The notes under the pieces were generated by a model. It was given only the letters and a program-made list of their open reading frames with translations, did not search any database and was not told the origin of the DNA. From assembly GCA_038891615.1 (NCBI GenBank), contig JAWADY010000001.1:32001-96000 (forward strand): a stretch of 64,000 nt of DNA, in the 5' to 3' direction. Each line of letters opens with the position of its first letter. The stretch's first letter is position 1. Positions 46,635-56,562 of this stretch are shown piece after piece. Origin of the DNA: Candidatus Woesearchaeota archaeon. Lineage in GTDB: Archaea > Nanobdellota > Nanobdellia > Woesearchaeales > ARS49. A program made the position numbers and the translations under genes.

Positions 46635-49277
46635 TCATAAAACATTTTCTTTAGCCATTCTTATCATCAGCCACTTGTGCAACTCGATGTAAAACGCGCC
46701 TGTAAGTGAAATAAGCACTATAATGACAAATTTACTTAGAGGCAATGCTGTTGTGTGGAAAAACTTGTTCAGTAATGGTGTATAGACAATTGCGAGTTGG
46801 AGTGCTAGAGAGATAAGGAATGTTGCAACAAGCGATTTGTTTCTGAACGGCCCTATCTTAAGCACGGGTTTTTCAATCGATCTGCTGCTAAAAGACTGAA
46901 AAAGCTCATAAAGAACAACAGATGTAAATGCAGCTGTTTGTGCCATCGTAAGCGAACTTTTTGCAAACCAACTAAAAATCAAGAGAACTCCTACGCTCGA
47001 CACAATTGGATAGCCTATAAGGAAGTGTTGCATACCTTCAAAAATGTTCTTTTCAGGTTTTCGTGGAGGCCTTGACATTAGCCCATGCTCTGGAGGGTCA
47101 ACTCCGAGCGCCAGTGCAGGCAACCCATCTGTAAAGAGGTTTATCAGCAAAATGTGTATAGCAGCAAGTGGGAGCGGTAGACCTATTAGTATTGATGAAA
47201 GGATAATAAGGACTTCAGCCAGATTTCCAGAAAAAAGATAAGCAAAGAACTTCCTGATGTTATCATAAATTCTTCGCCCTTCTTCAACTGCTGCAACAAT
47301 GCTTGCAAAATTATCGTCCGCAATTACCATTGCGCTTGCCTCGCGCGCGACATCAGTTCCTGTCTTTCCCATCGCAATGCCAATCGAGGCTTTTTTTAAG
47401 GCTGGTGCGTCATTAACGCCATCACCAGTCATTGCAACGATGTGACCTTTTGACTCAAAAGCTTCAATTATCCTTATCTTTTGGATTGGGTCGACCCTCG
47501 CATAGATGCCAATTTCCTCAACAATCTGTTTAAGGCGTTCATCATCAGTATGAGCAAGTTCAAGGCCAGTCATTGCCTTTCCTTCAATGCCAAGCTCTTT
47601 TGCTATTGCAATGGCAGTTGCAAGATGGTCCCCAGTTACCATCACAACTTTAATTCCAGCACTTTTGCATTTTTTAATGGCTTCTTTTACCTCTTGCCTT
47701 GGAGGATCGACCATGGCTTGCATGCCTACAAAAATCATTCCCTTTTCAACTTCTGTGGCAACAACCTTCTCATCCTTCAGCTCTTTGTAGGCAAAACCAA
47801 GAACCCTCAAAGCCATGTTTGCGAGCTTTTCGTTTTCTTCAAGAACAGTCTCTTTTTCTGCCTTTGTGAAGCGAAGGATTCTGCCATTCACGAGCTGATA
47901 ATCGCAAAGGCCAACAATTATTTCGGGTGCGCCCTTAGTAAATGCAACTTTTTTCTTTCCATACCTGTGGATTGTTGTCATTCGCTTTCTCTCAGGAGTA
48001 AATGCTATCTCGCTTTCTTTTGGATTTTCAATCTTCAACTTCTCAATGTCTATGCCTGCCTTCTCTGCCGCAACAATAAGGGCTGCTTCGGTTGGATCCC
48101 CGACAATCTCTGCCTCTTCAGGTCCCAATCTGCGCAACTGACAATTGTTGTTCAGAACACCCATTTGGAGCAGCAACTCAAAATCTTTAGGGCTCGAGTC
48201 AAAAGTTCCTTTTAGAGAGTATCCAGAACCGCTGACATTTATCAGCCTTTTGTTGGCATAGATTTTTCTTACAGTCATCTCGTTGCATGTCAGTGTCCCT
48301 GTCTTATCAGCGCAAATGACAGTGCATGCACCAAGGCTTTCAACAGCAGGAAGGCTCCGCATGAGAGCGTTACGCTTTGCCATTCGCTTAACTCCAAATG
48401 CAAGAGATATTGTGACAACGGCAGGCAAGCCCTCTGGGATTGCTGCAACCGCAAGCGCAATCGCAGATAAAAGAATTGTTTCTTTGGCTATGCCACGTAT
48501 CATTCCAAGAGCAAAGGTAATCACTGCAATCCCAAGCACAACCAATATGATAAACCTGCTCAACTTTCTTAGTTTTTTCTGAAGTATTGTTTCAACAGGT
48601 TTTGCCTTTTCTATCATTCGCGCAGTCTTTCCAACCTCGGTTGCTTTTCCAGTTGCAGTCACCACTGCTTTTGCCCTTCCCGCAGTCACCACTGTTCCTG
48701 CAAAAACGCTGTTTGTTCTGTCAGCCACAGATGTATCGGTTGGCAATGGCTCAAGCTGCTTTACGACAGGAACAGATTCGCCTGTTAGACTTGCTTCTTG
48801 GCACTCAAGATTGTAAAGCTCAATGAGCCTTGCATCAGCTGGAATCTTGTCTCCACTTTCAAGAACAAGAATGTCTCCAGGGACAACTTCGCGCGCATCA
48901 ATAATCTTCTCAATGCCATCGCGCACGACTTTTGCCTTTTGGGCAGTCATTTGCTTAAGGGCTTCAATTGCAGCCTCAGCTTTATATTCTTGCACAAATC
49001 CCAAAACGGCATTTAGTATTACAATTGCAGCAATTGCGGTTGCATCGGTTAGTTCGCCAATAGTTGCAGCAAAGATTGTTGCTGCTATAAGAACCAGCAC
49101 AATTGGGCTCTTGAATTGTCCGATGAGAATCTTCAGCCAAGAGATTCTTTCCTCGCGTTCAATCGTATTTGGTCCGTGCAGTCTTAACCTGACTTTGGCT
49201 TCTGTATCCGTCAAGCCATTCAGGCTGCTTCTAAGAGCCTTTAATACCTCTTTTGCATCTTCGTCATAATAATGCAT
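46635..49277 (-). CDS. cation-transporting P-type ATPase (type II, Ca2+-like)
   Basis: LTGES, IPEGLP, DKTGTLT, KGAPE, TGD, GDGVNDAPALK, NLFTDGLPALAL. Confidence 0.95.
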   Translation of the reverse strand: MHYYDEDAKEVLKALRSSLNGLTDTEAKVRLRLHGPNTIEREERISWLKILIGQFKSPIVLVLIAATIFAATIGELTDATAIAAIVILNAVLGFVQEYKAEAAIEALKQMTAQKAKVVRDGIEKIIDAREVVPGDILVLESGDKIPADARLIELYNLECQEASLTGESVPVVKQLEPLPTDTSVADRTNSVFAGTVVTAGRAKAVVTATGKATEVGKTARMIEKAKPVETILQKKLRKLSRFIILVVLGIAVITFALGMIRGIAKETILLSAIALAVAAIPEGLPAVVTISLAFGVKRMAKRNALMRSLPAVESLGACTVICADKTGTLTCNEMTVRKIYANKRLINVSGSGYSLKGTFDSSPKDFELLLQMGVLNNNCQLRRLGPEEAEIVGDPTEAALIVAAEKAGIDIEKLKIENPKESEIAFTPERKRMTTIHRYGKKKVAFTKGAPEIIVGLCDYQLVNGRILRFTKAEKETVLEENEKLANMALRVLGFAYKELKDEKVVATEVEKGMIFVGMQAMVDPPRQEVKEAIKKCKSAGIKVVMVTGDHLATAIAIAKELGIEGKAMTGLELAHTDDERLKQIVEEIGIYARVDPIQKIRIIEAFESKGHIVAMTGDGVNDAPALKKASIGIAMGKTGTDVAREASAMVIADDNFASIVAAVEEGRRIYDNIRKFFAYLFSGNLAEVLIILSSILIGLPLPLAAIHILLINLFTDGLPALALGVDPPEHGLMSRPPRKPEKNIFEGMQHFLIGYPIVSSVGVLLIFSWFAKSSLTMAQTAAFTSVVLYELFQSFSSRSIEKPVLKIGPFRNKSLVATFLISLALQLAIVYTPLLNKFFHTTALPLSKFVIIVLISLTGAFYIELHKWLMIRMAKENVL

Positions 49278-49424
49278 TTCTTCTCTCCAAGCATTTTGCA
49301 CCCGCTTTATATAAACTTTTGTAGGCAAAGTTTCCCTTTAAAGTGGTTTTTCAAAAAAAGTGACCGCCCTTTTCAACAGGTTGACCAGATACATTTATAA
49401 ATGAGCCCTAAACATCCATGAATC

Positions 49425-49877
49425 ATGGTTAGCTTTAAGCTCGTCATTGGAACAAAGACAGGAGTTTGCGTACAAAAGGAATTGCAAGAGCCAGGTTCAA
49501 GGGTGTTTTTGGGTAAAAAGATAGGCGAAGTTGTTAAAGGGGATGAACTTGGGCTTCCTGAGCTTGCAGGCTATGAATTTCTCATTACAGGGGGTTCTGA
49601 TGACTGCGGTTTTCCAATGAGAGCGGATGTGGCTGGGGTTGGGAGAAGAAGGATTCTTGCAGTAGCTGGTGTTGGCGTGAAAAAGGTTGGAAAGGGCATA
49701 AGAATAAGAAAAACTGTTTGTGGAAACACAATTCATCCAAAGATTTCTCAAATAAACCTCAAAGTGACAAAAGAAGGAAGCAAACCACTTTTTGTGGCTG
49801 GAGCTGGTGAAACAGCAAAGGCTGAAAAGGAAAAGTCTGCAGAGGCTGAAAAGCAAGAAAAGCCTGCAAAGCAGTAA
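49425..49877 (+). CDS. rps6e: 30S ribosomal protein S6e
   Basis: GKKIGE, ITGGSD..GFPMR.D, RKTV.GN, QINLK. Confidence 0.95.
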   Translation: MVSFKLVIGTKTGVCVQKELQEPGSRVFLGKKIGEVVKGDELGLPELAGYEFLITGGSDDCGFPMRADVAGVGRRRILAVAGVGVKKVGKGIRIRKTVCGNTIHPKISQINLKVTKEGSKPLFVAGAGETAKAEKEKSAEAEKQEKPAKQ

Positions 49878-50032
49878 ATCGTAAAAGGCTGCATAGAGGC
49901 TAAGCCTTGAGCAGTCGTCAATTAGTTGCGGACATTACTCAACTTTGCTTTTCTTCTGAAAACCGCGAAAGTTTTATAAAGCATTTGAGCGTTTGCTTTT
50001 TAAAATTTAGTTCAACTGTCCGGTTAAAAAAG

Positions 50033-50974
50033 GTGGTGTTTTTGGAACAAAACGAGTTCATAAAAAAATTTGTTGAGCGCTATAAAGAAGTTGAAAAGTT
50101 TCTATCAAACCATGATGTTGATAGGGCAAAAAAAGCCTATAACGACCTTCTTGAGAGCTATAAGGATTTATCTGATTCAAACTTAAGTGAAATCCACAAG
50201 ATGATTGCATATGACAAGACGCGCAGTCTTTATGACAGACTAAATGAGATGGAAATAAACTCAAGGGAGGCCAAACTTAAGAAGACTGACTTGAAAAAAC
50301 CCCAGGCACTAAAAGCAGCCCTCATGCTAATATCAATTATCTTTGCTTTGGCAATCCTTTTTCAGCCAAAATTTGCAGGCCTTGTTACGCTTTCAAATTT
50401 TACTTTTGTAGATGTTCTCAGCGCTCAATTTGAGGGTAATGAAAATCACACTTTTATTCTCCACAAACAACCAATATCCCTTAAGGTCAGTGGATATCTA
50501 ACTTCAAACGGAAGTGCAAAACTTTACCTTTTGACCAACGGAACAAGGATGTTAGTTTATGACAGCTCGATGAATGGAAGGGAATTTGAAGAAGTCTGCA
50601 TTGAAACTTGCAGCCTTCAAGGCGTCCCAAAGAACATAACTCTTGCTTCGGAACTTGCGAATACATCATTAGTCCTAACAAAAATAAATTATGTATCTGA
50701 TGTCAGCACAAATAAAGCACCAGAGTGGAAAGCGGGTTATATCTTTAACATTCCTGTTGGCACGCCTTACAAGATATACCTTGATGATTATTTTGTAGAC
50801 CCGGATGGCGACAGGCTGGTCTATTTGGCAACACAAGCAGAAGGTTTGGAGGTTAAAGTGGAGGGCAATGTTGTTACATTGTTAGCCAAAAGTACTGGAA
50901 CAAGAGAGCTAACCTTCATCGCATCCGACCTTGTGAGTGTAACCCGTGTGCCTGTCAAGATTTTCATATCATAG
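50033..50974 (+). CDS. single-pass membrane protein with C-terminal cadherin/Ig-like domain (start uncertain; ORF open from 49907)
   Basis: Helical N-domain, one TM, extracellular sequons, NKAP.W...LDDYFVDPDGDRL.Y. Confidence 0.72.
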   Translation: MVFLEQNEFIKKFVERYKEVEKFLSNHDVDRAKKAYNDLLESYKDLSDSNLSEIHKMIAYDKTRSLYDRLNEMEINSREAKLKKTDLKKPQALKAALMLISIIFALAILFQPKFAGLVTLSNFTFVDVLSAQFEGNENHTFILHKQPISLKVSGYLTSNGSAKLYLLTNGTRMLVYDSSMNGREFEEVCIETCSLQGVPKNITLASELANTSLVLTKINYVSDVSTNKAPEWKAGYIFNIPVGTPYKIYLDDYFVDPDGDRLVYLATQAEGLEVKVEGNVVTLLAKSTGTRELTFIASDLVSVTRVPVKIFIS

Positions 50975-50988
50975 CTAAGCATTTCAAA

Positions 50989-53361
50989 ATGCAAAAAAGA
51001 GCACAGCTAACAATTTTCATAATAATAGGAGTTGTTTTGATTCTATCCGTAGGAACAATTATATACTTGGCAAGTCTGAGAAGGGCTCCTGTTTCGCGCG
51101 AGGTTGTTACACCAACACTTCCTGAAGTTCCTGTTGAAGTGCAACCGATAAAGGAGTTTGTAACAACTTGTATTGCCCAAGTTTCAGAAAATGGCTTAAG
51201 ACTCCTTGGCGAAAAAGGAGGCTATATTGATCCTGTAAAAGCGGGTCTCAAATTTAATTCTGTAGAGCCAACGGATTCCGAACTTGTTGAGCTTGTCTCT
51301 GGGGGACCTAAAATCCCGTACTGGTGGTACATGGCAGGAAAGAATGATTGCATAGGCACTTGCCCATTTTCATCCAAAAGGCCAAGCCTTTTCCGAGACG
51401 GCAGTGGCAAGAGTATTGAAGAGCAACTGGATGAATATATCAAGTCAAAGTTGAGGGATTGCACATCTGCTTTTAAAAATTTTAAAGAGCAAGGTTTTGA
51501 GATTGAAGAGCTTGGAGAGATAAAAGTTGAAACAAGTGTGGCTAAAAAAGGAGTGAATTTTTTTGTTCGGTGGCCCTTGCTTGTAAGGAAAGCAGGTGCA
51601 GAGTTCAGGCTTGATGAGTTTTTTGTCAGCCAACCTGTTGCCTTGGCAGATATATATGAGTTAGGCACAAAACTTGCAAATCTTGAGGCAGAATTTAACT
51701 ATCTGGAGAGAATGTCTAGAAACCTTATTGACAGCTTTTCAGACATCAACCCAGCTCTTCTTCCTCCAATTAGTGATGTGGATTTCTCACCAAAAATAGT
51801 AACTTGGCTCAAGAGCTCGGTTGCGAGAAAGCTGCAACAACTGCTTATGACTTATGTTCAATTCTTGCAAGTCATTGGAAGCAGGAACTATGTTTTTGTT
51901 GAAGCACCAGTTGAGGTTCGTGACAAAGCGCTTTTCAGAAAGAATTTTAATACGGATTTCGCAATTCCAATACCAGAGCATGGTCAAGAGAACAAGACGG
52001 ATTTTGGAATTGCTAACCTAAAAACCTATCCGAATATTGAAGCAAAATTCGCCTATCTTGGCTGGAAGCCGTACTTTGACCTAAACTGTAAGGGAGAACT
52101 ATGCCAACCCCAATCCGTTGGAACCACTTTTCCTTTCCAATTCAACATAAATAGATATTCTTTTGCATACGACCTAAGCTTTCCCGTTCTTGTGACTTTG
52201 ACAGATCCAGATGCCTATGGTGGCAAAGGATATACTTTTCAATTCTTTCTAGAAGGAAATTTGAGGAACAATGAGGCAATGTCAAGCGTATTTGAACCTC
52301 TTGGATTGGCTGCAGGAGTACCCTCGGCTTCCATGTTCTGTGATATTGAAAAAAGAATCCCAAATAACATAACTGTTACTGTTTTCAATGGAACTAACAA
52401 TAAGCCAATGCCAAATGTAGTTATTTATTTTGCATGTGGTGATGAGGCATGCGCCATTGGAGAAACTGGCGAAGAAGGAAGCTTTACAGGCTACTTCCCA
52501 GGTTGCTTTGGAGGTGTTGTTTCGGCTCTTGCTGAAGATAGTTATCCTGCTTATGCTCCCCTTGACACCTATGAGATAGGAGAACAATCAGTCAATTTGA
52601 CTGTTGAGCCTTATCGCTATGTAAACTTTGAAGTCAAGAAGCATCCTATACAAAAAAAGCCTGTTTATAGAGAAATCGTAAGAAGACCATTTTTTGGTGA
52701 GCAAGAAGAAATTAGAAAAGTGCTAACTGGCTTTAGATGGGAAACATTTAATCCTAGCAAAGACTCTGCATTGCCTTTGGCAGATGACGAGGAAGCCACT
52801 ATTACAATGACAAGACTAGTAGCAGAAGGCGAGGAACCATTTGTAGCTGTTGGAAGCTATGCACCAGGAATAAGGCAAGAAGATAGGTTGTCTGAAGGAC
52901 TAAGGCTTATCCCTGGAACCTATGAGGTCAAGATACAACTGCTCAAGCGGCCAGAAGAGGGTTTGATTATACCTCCAGAAGCGCACTGGGCTAGGAAAAA
53001 GAAGTTTCTTGGTGGTTCTGAATGTGTTGCGCGATGGTGTGTTCCTAGCGAAAAGATGGTTTTCAACGAAGACAATCCTCTTTTTGTCGGAGAGGCAACG
53101 CTTAATTGGACTCTAACAAAAGAGCTGCTTGACTCAGGCAACACAATCGTCTTTTATGTCCCATACCTTGACCTTGCAAGCTTATCAGATAAATGCTATC
53201 TTGGAGAGACGCCTGTTGGTCCGGAAACCAATTGGCATTGTGGACAATGCGTGGACACCTTTTGTGAACGAACGCTTGAAGATTTGAGCTATTTTAACAT
53301 GTACCAAGACCTCGTAGGAACGAATATCGATGAATTCATTCCAGATGTGGTGAAGAAATGA
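50989..53361 (+). CDS. large surface protein with class III (prepilin-like) signal peptide, paralog A
   Basis: MQKRA/QLTIFIIIGVVLIL; 790 aa; aligns by eye with 59366..61363. Confidence 0.8.
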   Translation: MQKRAQLTIFIIIGVVLILSVGTIIYLASLRRAPVSREVVTPTLPEVPVEVQPIKEFVTTCIAQVSENGLRLLGEKGGYIDPVKAGLKFNSVEPTDSELVELVSGGPKIPYWWYMAGKNDCIGTCPFSSKRPSLFRDGSGKSIEEQLDEYIKSKLRDCTSAFKNFKEQGFEIEELGEIKVETSVAKKGVNFFVRWPLLVRKAGAEFRLDEFFVSQPVALADIYELGTKLANLEAEFNYLERMSRNLIDSFSDINPALLPPISDVDFSPKIVTWLKSSVARKLQQLLMTYVQFLQVIGSRNYVFVEAPVEVRDKALFRKNFNTDFAIPIPEHGQENKTDFGIANLKTYPNIEAKFAYLGWKPYFDLNCKGELCQPQSVGTTFPFQFNINRYSFAYDLSFPVLVTLTDPDAYGGKGYTFQFFLEGNLRNNEAMSSVFEPLGLAAGVPSASMFCDIEKRIPNNITVTVFNGTNNKPMPNVVIYFACGDEACAIGETGEEGSFTGYFPGCFGGVVSALAEDSYPAYAPLDTYEIGEQSVNLTVEPYRYVNFEVKKHPIQKKPVYREIVRRPFFGEQEEIRKVLTGFRWETFNPSKDSALPLADDEEATITMTRLVAEGEEPFVAVGSYAPGIRQEDRLSEGLRLIPGTYEVKIQLLKRPEEGLIIPPEAHWARKKKFLGGSECVARWCVPSEKMVFNEDNPLFVGEATLNWTLTKELLDSGNTIVFYVPYLDLASLSDKCYLGETPVGPETNWHCGQCVDTFCERTLEDLSYFNMYQDLVGTNIDEFIPDVVKK

Positions 53362-56300
53362 AAAGAGGTTTTGCGCTAAGGGTGGTTGCGCTGCTGTTAA
53401 GCGTTTTGGTAATCAGTATTCCAGTTGCCTTTAGCCAGCAGCTGTCAGTTTCTATAAAAGGAAGTGATGGCATAGAAGGATTTGCCAGGTCAACAGACAC
53501 CCTAAGCATAAACGCAACAGCCTTCCTTCCAGAAAATCAAACTGCCATTTTAAGGATGTTTTTTGAAGAACAGCAAGAAATTATTCCTTGCACCAAAACA
53601 AATGAACCTGGAAATGTCTGGAGTTGCGCTACGACAATGTTCATAGGTCCTGGTGCTCTTTCTGACAGCCTAACTTTTGTGCTTTATAATCCAAAATTTC
53701 CTACAGATATAGAAAAGGCTTATGCAGTTGTTGAAAAGGCTTTTGTCGTCGATAGAGCAGCTCCTGCTGTTGTAAGCCTTGAGGTTGCACCCAATGTTAC
53801 AAAGGATTCTCTCCAAGTGAAATATGCAGTAGAAGACTATGCAGAGCCTGGAAACACATCTGTTTGTGTTGGGATAAAGGAGATAAGATTTTATGAAGGA
53901 AATACCATTGTTCGCACTGAACAGGGTGCGCGTGAGAAATGTAAAGCCTCCGGAACTTTCACTTATACAACCGAAATAAGTCCTATTACAGGCAAACATA
54001 CGCTATCGGCTGATGTCATTGATTTCTTTGGTCAAGCAAGCCAGAAGAGCAGTCCAAAAACCTTTACTGTAGACAATGTTGCTCCGTTTGTGATTCCTTC
54101 TAGCCTAAAAATTGTTGATTCCCAAGGAAATGTCAGAAAGCATGTAAGAACACCAACAACTTCTGCTGACCAGTGGGTTGGAACTGTTTTCGTAACAATT
54201 GAAGGAACAGACATTGAACCAAAAAGCGTTTTGGCAGACCTTTCAAAGCTAACTGGTGATGGCTTGAAAGGAGGCAGGGTTGAAGAAGGAAATGAAACAA
54301 CAACAACCTTTGCTTTTCCATTCACATTCACAATGTTTGAGCAGCCATGTACAATAACCTTTTCTGGCAAGGACAAAATAGGCAATGCTTTTGAGCAATC
54401 TGTTGGCTGCGGCCTTGTGCTTGATGAAAAGCCACCTATTTTCAAAGAAATTTATTCCTCAACTCTTGGCAAGCCAGAGTTCCGGCTTTCTGATGAGAAA
54501 GGAAGACCATTTGTTGGCTTTAACACGAGCCTTCATGTTTTTTTTGAAGAGCTCGACAACACAGGCGGTGAAGGTTCTGGAATGACTAATGGAATGGCTT
54601 ACTTAGACCTTAGTCAGATAGGCCTTCAAGGCTCTGTAAGGGCAACAAATTGCACAAAATCTGGGCAAAAAATTTGGGACTGCAGGTGGGACTTTGGAGA
54701 GCAGCTTCCAGTCCGTAGTGGAATTTTCAACATCACACTACTCAAAAGTACGAGTGACTATCTTGGCAATGGGCTTGCGGTTGAACTCACACGTGAAGTA
54801 AATTCAAATGTTGAATTTCCAACAATAGTTTCTGAAAAAGTACGACACATCCCGTCCCAGGCTGGTTATCCTGGTCCTGTAAAGGGAGACACACTTTTCT
54901 TTGAATTCAACATCTCGAGCCCACCAGAGTCTCCGCCAATAGGTATTGCAAACCTTTCAGAGCTAACAATGAGTCCAGAGACAGAAACTTTCTTATGCAG
55001 CTACAATGAAGGTGCAAAGCTCTGGCAGTGTTCTGTTTCTGCAAACATAAAACGCTCAGGTCCTTTTAATGCAACGCTGACTTTTGATTTTTTCAATCCA
55101 AACAGGCTTAGCTACACAAAGTCAATATCAGTTTTTGGCATTTCAAACGAAACAAATCCAAACCACTGGGAAAGTAGTGTTACCTGCGAGCCAATTATTG
55201 ACAGGCAAACTGCACCATTGATTCCAGGAGGGCCCAAGGTTTACTGCACTGTTAAGCTTAAGTCGCTTTCTCCGCAAGCTTCAACAGCTTCCATAGAGTT
55301 TGGAAGGTTTAATGATTGCTCTGCATCAAATGGCCTTGTGACAGCTGCAAAGCTTCTCAACAACCAACCAGGTTCAACAACGCCAATCTTTGCCCTTACG
55401 CTCGCGCCAAGCGAATACAGAACAAATGAGCTTGTGTTCACCTGCCCTCTCAAGATACTCTCTAAAATAAATCAAGAATTCACTGAAAATCCAGAGATTG
55501 AAAATGTCTCGATGCGAATCCGCTTCTTTAATCTACCACTAGGAGAGCTTTCCAAGAGCTATGATGAAAGAATAGCATCTGCCAAGAAAAGCGCATGTGG
55601 TGGAATACAAAAGGTTGTTGCAACGCTGACAAAATTAGTTAACACCTTTAACAAAATATGCAGACTCAAGCAAGCATTTACTTCTGTTGTTGTTGGTATG
55701 GCAGCGGTTTATGTTCTTGTAAAAGGAACAGGCGAAGCTCTAATGAAAAATCCATTTACAGCCCCAGCTGGGTTTAAGATTTTTGGTATTGGCGTAAACC
55801 TTTGCGGAGGAACGCTTGCAACAGAAGGGACATTTAACAGCATCTTCAACTTTTTGGACACAGCATGTGCAGTTGTGAACTGCCAGCATACAGGAAAGAC
55901 TGGTCTTGCTTCTTCATTTGGTTTTGCAGCTGCAATATCAAAAAGCTGGGGAGAGCTGTGCCAGCACGCAAGGGTATGGGAATATAGGGCTTTTAATATT
56001 CAAGGAGTTGATGAAAAAGAACTTGTGAGAATAGGATTTGACCTTAAGCCTCCAATTGCTCGTGATGTAAAAGACAGCCTTGTGTTGAGCACTGCTTGCC
56101 TTTGCCTGCCTGGAATCATTTATAACATAAACAAATACAACCAAATACAGTGCGACTATGTCAACTGCCTCAAGGATGCAAAAAAGCAAGGGCTTCCAAT
56201 ATCTTATTGCGCAAATGTGAAGTCAGAAGCTTCTTGCGCATTTGTTTTTGGAGAGTTATTCCAACTTCTTCCATTCACAGCCCTTTTCAACAGAATAGTA

Positions 56301-56537
56301 GGAATCTTAATAGACATACTTTCTAATCCTTTTACAGCCTTGCAGGTTATTGCTGCATATTATTGCGGGCCAAAGATATGCCCTGCGATGGGCGAACCCG
56401 CGCCTTCAACTCCATGCAGAACAATATACCTTGTTCAAAAAGTAACAGACGCAATCAACTCATTGGTAAACATCAAAAATGCATTTAACTTTGAAATTGG
56501 GACAAAGTCGTGTGATGAGGCATGCAAGGAGGAATAA
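53358..56537 (+). CDS. giant secreted protein: Ig-like beta domains plus Cys-rich hydrophobic helical C-terminus (B)
   Basis: 1059 aa, signal peptide, repeated (V/L)D..(A/P)P linkers and D..GN turns; ATGA overlap with the upstream gene. Confidence 0.78.
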   Translation: MKRGFALRVVALLLSVLVISIPVAFSQQLSVSIKGSDGIEGFARSTDTLSINATAFLPENQTAILRMFFEEQQEIIPCTKTNEPGNVWSCATTMFIGPGALSDSLTFVLYNPKFPTDIEKAYAVVEKAFVVDRAAPAVVSLEVAPNVTKDSLQVKYAVEDYAEPGNTSVCVGIKEIRFYEGNTIVRTEQGAREKCKASGTFTYTTEISPITGKHTLSADVIDFFGQASQKSSPKTFTVDNVAPFVIPSSLKIVDSQGNVRKHVRTPTTSADQWVGTVFVTIEGTDIEPKSVLADLSKLTGDGLKGGRVEEGNETTTTFAFPFTFTMFEQPCTITFSGKDKIGNAFEQSVGCGLVLDEKPPIFKEIYSSTLGKPEFRLSDEKGRPFVGFNTSLHVFFEELDNTGGEGSGMTNGMAYLDLSQIGLQGSVRATNCTKSGQKIWDCRWDFGEQLPVRSGIFNITLLKSTSDYLGNGLAVELTREVNSNVEFPTIVSEKVRHIPSQAGYPGPVKGDTLFFEFNISSPPESPPIGIANLSELTMSPETETFLCSYNEGAKLWQCSVSANIKRSGPFNATLTFDFFNPNRLSYTKSISVFGISNETNPNHWESSVTCEPIIDRQTAPLIPGGPKVYCTVKLKSLSPQASTASIEFGRFNDCSASNGLVTAAKLLNNQPGSTTPIFALTLAPSEYRTNELVFTCPLKILSKINQEFTENPEIENVSMRIRFFNLPLGELSKSYDERIASAKKSACGGIQKVVATLTKLVNTFNKICRLKQAFTSVVVGMAAVYVLVKGTGEALMKNPFTAPAGFKIFGIGVNLCGGTLATEGTFNSIFNFLDTACAVVNCQHTGKTGLASSFGFAAAISKSWGELCQHARVWEYRAFNIQGVDEKELVRIGFDLKPPIARDVKDSLVLSTACLCLPGIIYNINKYNQIQCDYVNCLKDAKKQGLPISYCANVKSEASCAFVFGELFQLLPFTALFNRIVGILIDILSNPFTALQVIAAYYCGPKICPAMGEPAPSTPCRTIYLVQKVTDAINSLVNIKNAFNFEIGTKSCDEACKEE

Positions 56538-56562
56538 ACAAAAAGCCCTCAAGTGATGCAAA

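Noticed and set aside
47481-48215. 244-aa plus-strand ORF and similar long antisense ORFs (e.g. 35913..36572, 29304..29846)
   Set aside because: They lie wholly opposite well-supported genes and show no protein motifs.
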